Assembly (NCBI RefSeq): GCF_030144855.1
Contig: NC_082724.1
Location: 13,144,001-13,208,000, forward strand
Reading direction: 5' to 3'
Length of the DNA stretch: 64,000 nt
From: Hypanus sabinus
Lineage: Eukaryota
Shown here: piece by piece, positions 51,041 through 64,000 of the stretch
Layout: each line of letters begins with the position of its first letter
How positions within the stretch are numbered: the stretch's first letter is position 1
The notes under the pieces: generated by a model
The model's database searches: none
What the model saw: the letters and a program-made list of their open reading frames with translations, nothing else
Told to the model about the DNA's origin: nothing
Position numbers and translations under genes: made by a program

Positions 51041-51937
51041 AACTAATATAGGATTATATTGCTATGTAATCTGAGATAGTGACAGCGGATGAAAATACTC
51101 CATTAATTTCCATTCAATCTTATCAATGAGCATCAGAAATGGAAGCAACTGATTGGTAGAATCCTCATAACTGAACAAAGTGAACATTTTCTCCATTTAA
51201 TGAAATTGACCAATCAAAATGGATCTCCAGCACCACACCAGACTTTAGTTTAGCTGCAGCACCCAATACTACTTGTTCTTTTTGCTCTGTTGGTGAATAT
51301 TTTTTCTCATTGATTTACATGAGTTATGTGAGTGGGCAAATTCTCCATCCTGTCCCCAAAACCTCAGGATTTCTATTCTCAAAGAGCTTTTGCAGTTAGA
51401 ATTCCATCAGAATTGCTCCGCTTGTCACGATCAGTTGAATTTGTTACAATTGAAAAAGAGCATAGAAAAAAGTTCAGCACAGCACAGGGCTTTTGGCCAG
51501 TGATCTTGTGCTGCCCTTCTAACATGCCTAAGATTAATTTAACTCTTCCTTCCCACATCCGTCCATTTTCCTCTTATACTTGATGTGTGCCTGTCTCAGA
51601 GTCTCTTAAATTTCCCTAATGTATCTGCCTCTACCATCACCCTTGCAGTGTGATCTAAGCACATATTACTCTCAGCATAAAAAGAAGTCTACCGCTGCCA
51701 TCTACCCTGGATTTTCTTCCATTGACCTTAAGATTATGCCCTCACATATTAGCCATTGCTGCTCTCATTCATCTGCACGCTCACAAAACATACGTAGCAG
51801 GCCTGTCAAGAGTAATGAAGGATTTTCCCCCTGGAGCTTTTATACACCATCCATATGTAATTTACTTGCTAAATGATGCTTTAAAAAGTCAAGTTTCCAA
51901 ATATATCTCCACTTCTTCCTACTTGCCAATTTTCCAG

Positions 51938-52768
51938 TGTTACGTACCCCATAACTGGGCCACTTACCAGCAAAGATAGAGAGGTCCGTTGAAGTCTGAT
52001 GGTACTATTTTTAACTATCTATTGATAAAAATACACAAAAATAATATCAATGCAACCTTACCGATAATATACGTTGTCAATACTAAATCTAAAAGCACTG
52101 ATATAATAATAATCAATAAGAAATAGCTCTATCGTTGTCTAGGGGATAATGTATTGTCCGATGGAAATATGAAAGTCACTTTAGGTTCGTTCAAGCTGCA
52201 GCGTTTTGGTTTGAGAGAAAGACGGGTTAAAACTTGCCCAGTCCTTTTATGATGTCAATCCTTGGAGAGTCGTTGGGAGTTGATTTCCGTTGTTAGCTAA
52301 AAACCGTTCTTCCGTGGTCAAGGCACACCGATACCGGGGCAAATGGAAACGGACGCACGTGGCCTTCCTACCAGCTTTTGCTATTACGGGATCGCTAGCA
52401 TTTCTTCTGGTGCGTCTGAGGGGCTGTTCCCACAGACCCTCTTTTATCCTGACTCACAGGGTCTCAGATGTCAATCAGGTTGGGAAGATGCAATCCCTCC
52501 ACCAACCTCCCCCTCGGTTCATTGCCTGGGGGCTTCGATGCATCGTACAGGATGCAATACACAAGTCCGTCTCCAAGAGACAATAGCCGGTATCAATGGG
52601 TCTGCCTTTCGGAGGCCAGGACACATTCCAACTCTTTGTGGACTCTGCATTTCTTTCTCTCATTTCCTGGGTCTCCTGAACTGACTCAATAGTGATCTTG
52701 CGATTCTCACAAAGGAGGGGGCTACCCTGCACCCTTCGGCCCCTCAGAGCTGTGGTACATTCGTAACA
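51938..52768 (-). mobile_element. 831-bp Gypsy-type solo LTR with 4-bp TSD
   Basis: Termini tgttacg...cgtaaca (7-bp inverted repeat); TSD ccag (51934-51937 / 52769-52772); CpG-rich. Orientation inferred from the match to the 3' end of the element at 1-1263. Confidence 0.9.
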
Positions 52769-52779
52769 CCAGGAACTTT

Positions 52780-55700
52780 TGCCTAGTGAGAATACATTGA
52801 ATGCAATGTTGAATCTTTGTGGATGGAGTTAAGAAATTGCAAGAGTGAAAAACCATAATGGGAAGGCAGTGAAGAAAGCTAATGGTATGCTGGCCTTTAT
52901 AACAAGAGGAATTGAGTATAGGAGTAAAGAGGTTTTTCTGCAGCTGTACAGGGCCCTGGTGAGACCCCACCTGGAGTATTGTGTGCAGTTTTGGTCTCCA
53001 AATTTGAGGAAGGACATTCTTGCTATTGAGGGAGTGCAGCGTAGGTTCACAAGGTTAATTCCCGGAATGGTGGGAGTGTCATATGTTGAAAGATTGGAGC
53101 GACTGGGCTTGTATACACTGGAATTTAGAAGGATGAGAGGAGATCTGACTGAACCATATAAGATTATTAAGGGATTGGGCACGCTGGAGGCAGGAAGCAT
53201 GTTCCCACTGATGGGTGAGTCCAGAACAGTTTAAGAATAAGGGGTAGGCCATTTAGAACAGAGATGGGGAAAAACTTTTTCACCCAGAGAGTGGTGAATA
53301 TGCGGAATGCTCTGCCCCAGAAGGCAGTGAAGGTCAAGTCTCTGGATGCATTCAAGAGAGAGTTGGATAGAGCTCTTATAGATAGTGGGGTCAAGGGATA
53401 TGGGGAGAGGGCAGGAACGGGGTACTGATTGTGTATGATCAGCCATGATCACAGTGAACGGGGGTGCTGGCTAGAAGGGCCGAATGGCCTACTCCTGCAC
53501 CTACTGTCTATTGTCTATTGAATCATGTATAGGCCTCCAAATAGTAGCCAAGATGTGGGGTTGAGACTGGCACAATTGTAATGGGGGTCTTCAATATGCA
53601 AGGGGATTAGGAAAATCAGGTTGGTGACAGATTACAAAAGAGGGAGCTTGTTGAATGCCTATGAAATAGCTTTTTGCAGAAACTTCTGCTTGAGCCTACT
53701 CAGTTAAAGGCTGTCTTAGATTGGGTGTTGTATATTAACCCAGATCTTATTAGGGAGCTTTACATAAAGGAACCCTTAGGAGGCAGTGATCATAATATGA
53801 TTGAATTCGTACTGTAATTTGAGAATGAGAAGCATAACTCATGTTTATCTGTATCACAATGGAATAAAGGGAATTTCAGAGGCCTGAGAGAGGGGCTTGC
53901 CCAGGTGGATTGGTGGAAGATATTGGTCGGGATAACGACAGAGCAGAGATGGCTGAAGTTTCTGGGAATAGTTCACAAGGTGCAGGATAGATATGTCCCA
54001 CAGGGGAAGAAGTTCTCAAATGTCAGGGGTGGGCAACCACGGCTGACAAAGAAAGTTTAGGACTACATAAAAGTCAAGGAAAGGGCTCATAAGGTAACAA
54101 AAGTTAATGTGAAGGTGGATGATTGGGAAGCTTTTAAAAATCCAACAAAAGGCAACAAAAAATCTAGAAGAAGGGAAAAGATGAAATATGACGGCAAACT
54201 AGTCAATAATATAAAGCAGGGTACCAAAAGATATTTTTCAGTTATATAAAGAGTAAAAAGGATGTAAGTGTTGATATTGGAACACTTATAACTGGAAAAT
54301 AATGCAGGTAAGGTAGTAATGGGGGGAGGGCAAAGAAATAGCAGATGAATGTAATGGATACCTTGCATATGCCTTCAGTGTGAAAGACACTAGCAGTGTG
54401 CCAGTCACCCGCGAGTGTCAGGGAGCAGGAGTGAGTGCTGTTGCTATTACAAAGGAAAAAGTGCTCAGTCTAAAAGAGGATGTCACCTAGGCCAGATGGA
54501 CTACATCCCCGAGTCCTGAGAGAGATTGCTGAAGAGATACAGATGCATTGGTCATGATCGTTTAAGAATCATTAGATTCTGGCATTGTCCCAGAGAACTG
54601 AAAGACTGCAAATGTTACTCCACTCTTTAAGAAGGAAGGAAGGGAAACAAACAGAAATTATAGGCCAGTTAGCATAACTTCAATGATTGGGAAAGTGTTG
54701 GAGTCTATTATTAAGGATGTTTTGAGGTACTTGGAGACTAACAATAAAATAGGTCAAAGTCAACATGGTTTCTGTCAAGAGAAGTCTTGCCTGACAAATC
54801 TGTTAGAGTTCATTGAGGAAGTAACAAGCAGGGTGGACAAAGGAGAGGTAGTGGATGTCATTTACTTGGATTTTCAGAAGGTGTTTAATAAGGTGCCACA
54901 CATAAGGCTGCTTTACAAGATAAAATCCTATGATGTTACAGGAAAGATACTGGCATAGATAGTGGAATGGCTGACAGGCAGGAGGCAGTGAGTGAAAATA
55001 AAAGAGGCCTTTTCGGGTTGGCTGCCAGTGACTAGTTGTGTTCCTCAGGGGTCAGTATTGGGACTACTGACTTTCACATTGTTTGTCAGTGATTTAGATA
55101 ATGTAATTGATGGCTTTATGGCAAAGTTTGCTGGTGATATGAAGATGGGTGGAGAGGTAGGTAGTGATGAGGAAGCAATGTGATTGCAGCAGGACTTAGA
55201 CAGATTGGAAGAATGGGCAAAATAGTGGCAGATGGAACACAGTGTTGGGAAATGTATGATAATGCATTTTGGTAAAAGGAACAATAGTGCTGACTATTAT
55301 CTAAATGGAGAGAAGGTTCAAACATCAGATGTCAGAGGAGCTTAGGAGTCTTCTTGCAAGTCTCCCAGAAGGTTAATTTACAGGTTGAGTCTGTGGTAAA
55401 GAATGCAAATGCAATGCAAAGGGATTAGAATATAAAAGCAAGGATATGACACTGAGTATTTATAAGACACTAGTCAAGCTGCACTTGAAGTATTTTCAAT
55501 GATTTTGGGCCCCATATCTCAGAAAGAATGTGTTGTCATTGGAGAGAGTCCAGAGGAGGTTCACAAGGATGAATCCGAGAATGAAGGGGTTAACATACAA
55601 GGAGCATTTGACAGCTTTGGGCCTGTACTCACTGAAATTTAGAAGAATGTGGAGGGATTTCATTGAAACCTATCCAGTGTTGAAAAGACTAGATAGGGTG

Positions 55701-56025
55701 GATGTGGAGAGGATGTGTCTTATGGAAGGGCTATCCAGAACTAGAGGGCATAGCCTCAAAATAGATGGGTGCACAGGTAAGGATGCATTTTTGTAGCCAG
55801 AGAATGGTGGATCTGCAGCATTCTCTGTCACAGACTGTGATGGAGGCCAAGTCCGTGCATATATTTAAGGTAGAAGTTGGTCATTTCCTGATCAGTCAGG
55901 GCATCAAAAGATATGGCGAGAAAGCAGGTGTATGGGGTTGAGTGGGATCCCGGATCAGCCATGATGGAATGGTGGAGCAGACTCAGTGGACCTAATTCTG
56001 GCCCTACATTTTATAGTTTTATGCA
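52780..56025 (+). mobile_element. Older long CR1 LINE (endonuclease, RT, 3' UTR), degenerate
   Basis: ESLWMELRN...IMG|IMYRPPNS, LGGSDHNMIEF, NVTPLFKKE, QHGFCQEKSCLTNLLEF, VPQGSVLG and LERVQRRFTRM, with many stops. Confidence 0.9.
52862..53520 (+). mobile_element. Young CR1 3' portion nested in an older CR1
   Basis: KKANGMLAFITRGIEYRSKEVFLQLYRALVRPHLEYCVQFWSP; tctattgtctattg tail. Confidence 0.92.
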
Positions 56026-58697
56026 GATAGAATCTTTTTCTGTATTTTACATAAATATTTCTTGTAGCTACACATTCCTGACTTAATGAGCTTTCAGTGT
56101 TGCAGTTTCTACTGTTTCATTAAGCCATTCTATTTTAAATGACCGGCAGTTCTTTTGTGCTTCACATCCTTTGCTTCTTCAGAATTTGACATGGTGAATC
56201 AATAATTTCTTCAATACAAACAGTAGAAATAAGTCAGTTCTAAAATCTGCAGACATATCATTGCGAACTCCACATTGTCAACATCATCCACATCAGAAAG
56301 CAGGAAAGGACATGTAATTATGTACGATTGTGAAAAATGCTTAACATACCATTGAGGTAGAGGGTGAAAACCTTTTCTGGGCAGTTTAAATTCCTTTGTG
56401 CGCTAGTAGCAGAAGATGTACACACGTGCACAGATGCATACCTTAGAGGGAACATTGCCCCAACATCTTCTGACTCCATGCAAGTTTCATCTCTTATCTT
56501 TGGATTGGTCCTACCCTCACTCTAATCATCATCCTGTTCTTCACATATGTGTAGAATACTTTGGAGCTTCCTTAATCCTACTCGCCAAAGCCTTCTCATG
56601 TCCCCTTCTAGATTTCCCAAGTCCCTTCTTAAATTCTTTAATGGCTACCTTGTGTTAGAATGAGTTGTTTTTTTGTAAGAAATTAGTTGAATTAATGCAA
56701 GACTAAAATTATAGTTTTAACTGTAGTTTCTTTTTAATGATAATATTTGTATTTTTAACAATATGTATCTTTAACAAACTCTTGAATTTTTCACAATTTG
56801 TGGTGGTTCATCCCCACTTACTGGCAAAAAGCAGTACAGCGGATACTAAACGTTTATCACACCTTCTCATTTTTCATTGGCTATGTATTAGCACATAACC
56901 TACATGCTATGATTGTGCAAACGTAGGTTGGTTTATTCTTATCTAAGGAATTTCTTTTAGCTTGTTTATAAAGATGATAGATTTTTCTGAAGTGCTATAT
57001 TGAATTTGTTGAATCTCTTTAATCTCTCCTTTGCTTCCCATCTTCAAGTAGTTTCAAGTACTCTGTATCTTAGTTTAAACCTTAAAATAAATGATCATGA
57101 AGAATCAGTGAATTGAAGTTTCTTGCTCATTTCTGAACACCCAGGGGTTGAAAATATCAAAGATCCAACACTTGTAACTCTCAAGAAGGGTGGATCATGA
57201 TGACTACTTGAGTGAAGGGAATGTTTTGTTGAAGTTTCTTTGCAATGTTAAATTCATTGGTCAGATTTTTATTATTTAAGTGTGGAACAGAATTGTTTAC
57301 TCAAGGTTGAATCATTGTCTCACCTGCACTCTAAGCATTTCAAATAAATACAAAATTCTGGGAATATTCAGCTGCTCAGGCAGCATCTGTGGGCAGAAAA
57401 GTGAGTTAATGTTTTAGTCATTGACTTCATCGTATCATTGGATTTCCAGGATTTTGTACTGCTGCATCCTGACTGAATGCTTTAGAACAGATAGAGTTAT
57501 TATTTTCTTAGTAAATGGACAAAATTTCTCTCAGAAAAATATAGTCATAATGGCCAGTGGGCATGATCTTGTCTGAACTGGTTTAGAGCATCTTGATTCT
57601 GTTGAGAATCCAAACAAAACCACCAATTACCTTGCCTCAAAAGCATCCTCAAGTCTTTAATGAGCCTATTGTACAATCTAAATAAGAAACAGTTGTGAAT
57701 GTGACTGTGAAGTGTACAGTACTTTTCAGCTATATCCCAGTGGCAAATGCATCACTCCCCTTTTTACTAATGAGACTCTGGAGACCTTTGTTAGTTGCAT
57801 AATGATGCATTGAGATAACTTCTCTGGGCAGTGGAGTGTACAGTTAAATGCTTCATTTCCACAATAACATCTAAGGACTTGTTCCTTGTGCTTTGGGAAT
57901 CAATTCCTATAATCAATTGTTTATGGAACAATTACAGAGTTCCATGAGAAAGAGACCATGGCTGACCTGATTGTCATTCATGTCAGGTAGAATTTTTCTG
58001 TGGTTGAGCAATTGCGCCAGGAAACGAGTACACTCTAAGAGAAATCTGCAGACCATTGCTGAGCAGGTACTGCCAAGTTTGCTGTTACTCATGCATTAAT
58101 TCTTAGCTTACTTCATTGGCTATTTCATTCTTTTCACTCAGCCGTAACTGAAACTTCCAAATTCTGGAGACGTTGTAGCACAACTTTGCTAATGATTCTT
58201 CTCACCTTTCCATGACTTCAATAAAGTTGCATCTGAAATCAAAGAGAAGACTGGTACCCCAGGTCGAATGCTTGATTGTAGGGTTGTTCACTGAGCTTAG
58301 GTTTTGTCACCACCCAAGGTGACACCATCAGCTGCTTCTGGAGTATTAATCCCTATTGCAACCAGGGCATACAATCACTGATCTGATGACCATACCTTAC
58401 CAGTGGCATGTTGACATCCTCCTTTGAAAAATTAACTAGTTTTAAACGTATTAAAACAACACCGATCACTGCAAATGATAACAGTTGAGTTCTATTCCAT
58501 CGTTATATATATATTTCTTGATTCTTTCAGAAAAGATAAAGCTGTATTAAAATAAAAATTCCAAAATTAATGGTAGCTCATAATGGTTAAATTTGAAGTT
58601 GATCTCTTGGCTTTCAAAGTCACGGAAATAATGGACTGGAGGGTGGTTGTACTCTTATTCATTACAACATAATTAACCTAATTCTGTATCTTTGCAG

Positions 58698-58955
58698 TGT
58701 GTGGCAGTGCTGCAGGTGGTGTGGAAGATGAAGGGGAATCTGAAGCAGGCTGGATTGAAGGAGCTGCCATCCTGCTCTCTGTTATCTGTGTGGTTTTTGT
58801 GACTGCCTTTAATGACTGGAGCAAAGAGAAGCAGTTTCGAGGTTTGCAAAGCCGGATTGAACAAGAACAGAAGTTTGCCGTTGTCAGAGGAGGCCAGGTC
58901 AACCAAATTCCAGTGTCTGAAATAGTTGCTGGTGATATTGCACAAATTAAATACG
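58698..58955 (+). CDS. ATP2B: PMCA coding exon (TM2 + start of actuator domain)
   Basis: Encodes (M)[85 protein letters not shown](G). Acceptor tctttgcag|, donor |gtaagc; 258 nt, phase 1-1, in frame with the previous exon (A|TG). Confidence 0.97.
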
Positions 58956-60282
<1,327 letters not shown>

Positions 60283-60372
60283 TAGTATGTGATTGATGAG
60301 GAATGAATCATTAGAAGAAATAATGCAAAATCATTGTTACAAGAACTAAATCTTGCATCAATGGTGATTTTT

Positions 60373-63018
60373 GTTCAAAGTTCAAAGTACATATATGTCT
60401 GAATATACAACCCTGAGATTTGTTTTTTGTGTGGGCATTTACAGTAAATACAAAACATAAGAGAACCCGTGAAGGTCCGCACCCAACAAGACAGATAAAC
60501 ACCAGTGTACAAGAGACAACAAACTGTGCAAATACAAAAAGAAAGAGAAAAAATATATTATAATAATAAGTAAATAAATGATAAATATCGAGAACAAGAG
60601 ATATTTGTTACTCTCGATATTTATTAGTTATTTACTCAAAAGTGAGTCCATAGGTTCTGGGAACAGTTCAGTGATGAAGTGAATGAAGTTGTCCCCTTTG
60701 GTTCAAGAGCCTGATGGTTAAGCGGAACCTGATAGTGTCTCCTAGTCCTGAGTCTCCTGTGCCTTCTTCCTGGTGGCAGTAGAAGAGAGCATGGTTAGGT
60801 CCTTGATGTGATGGATGCTGCTTTCCTGTGACAGTGTTCCATGTAGATGTGCTCGGTGGTTGAGAGGGCTTTACTCGTGATGCACTGGGCATTATTCATT
60901 ACTTTTCATAGGCTTCTCTATTCAAGGGCATTGGTGCTTCCATACCTGGCTATGATGCAACATTTCACTATTCTCTCCACTGCACACCTTTACAAGTTTG
61001 TCAAAGTTTTAGATGGCTTGCTGAATCATTAGGAAGTAGAGGCACTGAGGTGCTTTCCTCATAATTTCGGTTACGTGCTGGACTGAGGACAGGTTCTCTG
61101 AAATTATAACACCAAGAAATTTTAAGTTGTTGACTCTCTGCACCTCTGATCCCGTGATGAAGACTGGCTCATGGGCCTCTGATTTCCTTATCCCGAAGTC
61201 AAATATCATCTCCTTGATCTTGCTGACATTGTTTGGGAAATTGCTATTGTGGCACCACACAGTCAGATTTTTAATATCCTTTCTATATAGTGTCATCAGT
61301 AAACTTAAGTATGGCTTTGCAATTGAATGATAGTCATTTAGACAGGTTACCACCTTCTTCTTAGGCACTGGTATAATTGAAACCTGCTTGAAGCAGGTAG
61401 GTACCTCAGACTATTGAAGCAAGAGGTTAAAGATGAGGGTGAATACTCTAGCCAGTTGATCAGTATAAGTCTTCAGTACGTGGCCAGGTATCCCATCTAA
61501 GTGGATGCTTTTCGTAGCTTCATTCTCCAGAAAGATGTTCATAGAGATTGGCCTCAGAGATTGAAATCACAGTATCATCGGTGGATGTGGGAGTTCATGA
61601 AGGTCCATCCATATTTTGATGGTCAAAGAGACCTCCTCTGTTGTCATCTGTATTGCTTTGGTTTACTTTGTGGAAGGTGATAGCATTCAAGCCCTGGCAC
61701 AGCTGTTGAGCATTCTTCAAGGATTCAAATTTGGCCCAGAATTCCCACTTCACATGTGAGGTGGCTTTCTGGAGATCGTACGCGGGCCTCTTGGATTTTT
61801 CTTGGTCACCAGGCCTGAACGCCACTGATCTGGCCCTCAGCAGATTGCAAATCTGTTGGTTCATCCAGGGCTTCTGGTTGGAGAAGACAGAATGATTTTG
61901 TGGGGACTAGTCATATATATTTTTATTATGAAGTCCGTGACAACCACGATGTATTTGTTCAGATCCTCTGACTCCCTGAACATTACCCAGTCCACTGGCA
62001 AAGTAATCCAATGGCTGCTCATCAGCCTCCTGTGACCTCCTCTTCATGGTTCTTACTTCTGGAGCCTTGCTTTTAGCCTCTGCCTGTATGGAGATAGGAG
62101 AAGGACAGCCAAATGATCAGATTTCCCAAAATGCAGTCTAAGAATCGAATGTTTGGCATTCTGAATGGTAGTGTAGCAGTGGTCAAGTGTATTGGGATCC
62201 CTGGTGCTGTAGGTGACATGCTGATGATAACAGGGCAGAAATTTCTTCAAATAAGCCTGATCAAGGTCCCTAACAATGATTTGAAAGGTGTTGTGGTAGG
62301 CTGTTTCTTGTTTGCTGATGGCGGCTCTTAGAGACTCGAGTCCCTGCTTAACGTTGACCTTTGGTGATATGTAAACTGTGGTCAGGATCACAGAGGAGAA
62401 CTCCCTTTTAAGTAGAATGGTTGGCATTTCTCCATTGGGTGTTGGGGGAACAAGATCGCAACAAGCCCTCTGTGTCTGAGCACCCCAAAGAGTTCATCAT
62501 GAAACACAGAGCCCCACCTTTTGCTTTCTCCTTATCAGCAGTCCATCTGGTCTATCAAGAAGCCATTGGGCCTGATTACCAAATCTGGCATATTCTGAGT
62601 TAGCCATGTCTGCATGAAATACAGAATGCAGCAATACCTTATTTCCCTTCGATACAGCAATCTTGCCCTTAGGTCCTCAAACTTGTCCTCCTGCAACTGT
62701 ACACTTGCTAATTGGATATTGGAGAGAGGCTGATTCATACCTTGATGTTTTTTTCTCGTTTGGCATTCTCCCCTCCTCCCTCTTCAAGCGATGTACCTTT
62801 GCCCACTTAAAAGTGCAGTACCTACATTCTTGAGAGTTAAGTCTGCCAGGTTCTTCAGAAGATTGTGAAATCACCAGCTCATTGAGATGGTTCAAAAGTA
62901 TCTTACTCGAAGGGAAATTACAGGCTGCAGATTGCAGTGATAATAGTTCAGAAGAAATATATTGAGAAGATTTGTAAACTGCACACAAAGCATCATTACT
63001 TTTCACCAGCACCATTTT
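60373..63018 (-). mobile_element. Rex1/Babar-like LINE with both ends present but the RT core deleted
   Basis: 5' aaaatggtgc start; endonuclease motifs (LSNIQLASVQ, ILYFMQTWL, TLDHCYTTI, HFGKSDHLAVLL); TCLNDYHSIA joined almost directly to YRKDIKNLTVWC; 3' tail. Confidence 0.88.
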
Positions 63019-63559
63019 GTTTTGTTCAGATTTTCAGATGCCAGGCCAGAGGTAAATTGTAGAAAGAGACTATTTGAATCTGTACTTAAGCACTGATGTG
63101 TGGTTCACCCATTTAGAAAGGCAGAACATCAGTAGGATGAGAGCAGAAGGTGACAGTATCAGTGTAGTAATGAGGTGGCAGAGTGGATGGGGCGATGAAG
63201 GGCATTAATAATGAAATAGAGATTTTGATATCATAAGAATTAGATTATTCCAAAGGGTTTCAAACGATGTAGGACAGAAGCTGAAAAAATGCTACAGATT
63301 CTGGAAACCTGAGATAAAAGAATACTATTCAACAGGTCTGGCAGCATGTACAGAAAGAGAACATTTATTGGATGCATCTCGTCAAAACAGAGAAAACAAG
63401 TTGGGCAGCAGAGGTTGTGGAGGTGTGTCATGGAGGGAACAATCCGATTTTTTTTGTTAGGGGTCACAATAAAAAGTTTTCAGATGATATAAAAGATGGC
63501 CATGAGTATTAAGGCTTTAAATTGCAATGGTGGTCAGCTAATAGAACAATATTGAATTC

Positions 63560-63930
63560 TCCTTCTGGTATCTTTTTTTCCACTCCCCTTCCCCTCTTCC
63601 TCTATTCACCACTCTGGCCTTTTACCTCTACTCATCTGCCTATCACTTCCCCCGGGTCCCTTCCTTCTTCCCACTCTCTTCTCCCTTCAGATTCCTTCTT
63701 CTCTAGCTCTTTGCCTTTTCGACCAACCTGGCTTTACCTATCACTTTCCAGCTAGCCTCCTTCCTCTCCCCCTCCCCACCATTTTATTCTGGCTTCTTCC
63801 CCCTTCCTTTCCAGTCCCAATGAAGGCTTCACTCATTTCCGTACATGATGCCTGACCTGCTGAGTTTCTCCAGCATTTTGTCTATGTTGCTTTGGATTTC
63901 CAGCATCTGCAGACTTCCTCGTGTTTATGA
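63560..63930 (+). mobile_element. Penelope-like 3' terminus
   Basis: Pyrimidine-rich body and gcctgacctgctgagtttctccagcatttt...ttccagcatctgcag tail; the hammerhead core is truncated. Confidence 0.75.
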
Positions 63931-64000
63931 CTGTTGAGTGGAATTTATTTTGGAGATGTTTGAAATACCACATTTGTGGAGATACAATGAGGCAAATGTA

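Larger units (their letters stand above)
16839..58697 (+). other. 41,859-nt GT-AG intron of the ATP2B gene
   Basis: The flanking exons are consecutive in the PMCA protein (PPGERSE|MCGSAAGG). Confidence 0.9.

Noticed and set aside
63421-63450. gtc atg gag gga (VMEG) as the next PMCA exon (GTHVMEGSG)
   Set aside because: Only four residues match, there is no acceptor, and the downstream residues are unrelated; the next exon is presumably beyond the window.

Overview
Eukaryotic, AT-rich, repeat-dense vertebrate DNA. The repeat mix (CR1, Rex1/Babar-like LINEs, V-SINEs, Penelope termini) suggests a cartilaginous fish, probably a ray; this is an inference. The window lies inside a plasma-membrane Ca2+-ATPase gene (PMCA, ATP2B family) on the + strand. 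Three coding exons are visible: 16641-16838 (198 nt), 58698-58955 (258 nt) and 60125-60250 (126 nt, missing from the ORF track). They are separated by introns of 41,859 and 1,169 nt, and the flanking exons lie outside the window. The rest is intron packed with nested mobile elements: a rearranged Gmr1-type Gypsy element, a two-LTR Gypsy remnant holding a Tc1 transposon, two solo LTRs with target-site duplications (TSDs), many CR1 and Rex1/Babar fragments, SINEs, and about a dozen Penelope-like termini. The most notable signals are (1) a dispersed family of minimal hammerhead-ribozyme motifs in the Penelope termini, several bounded by 12-14 bp TSDs, and (2) a scrambled but in-frame Gypsy polyprotein fused to the last 19 nt of an LTR whose solo copy lies 50 kb away. 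Repeat boundaries without a stated TSD or terminus are approximate, and repeat family names come from recognised motifs, not database searches.
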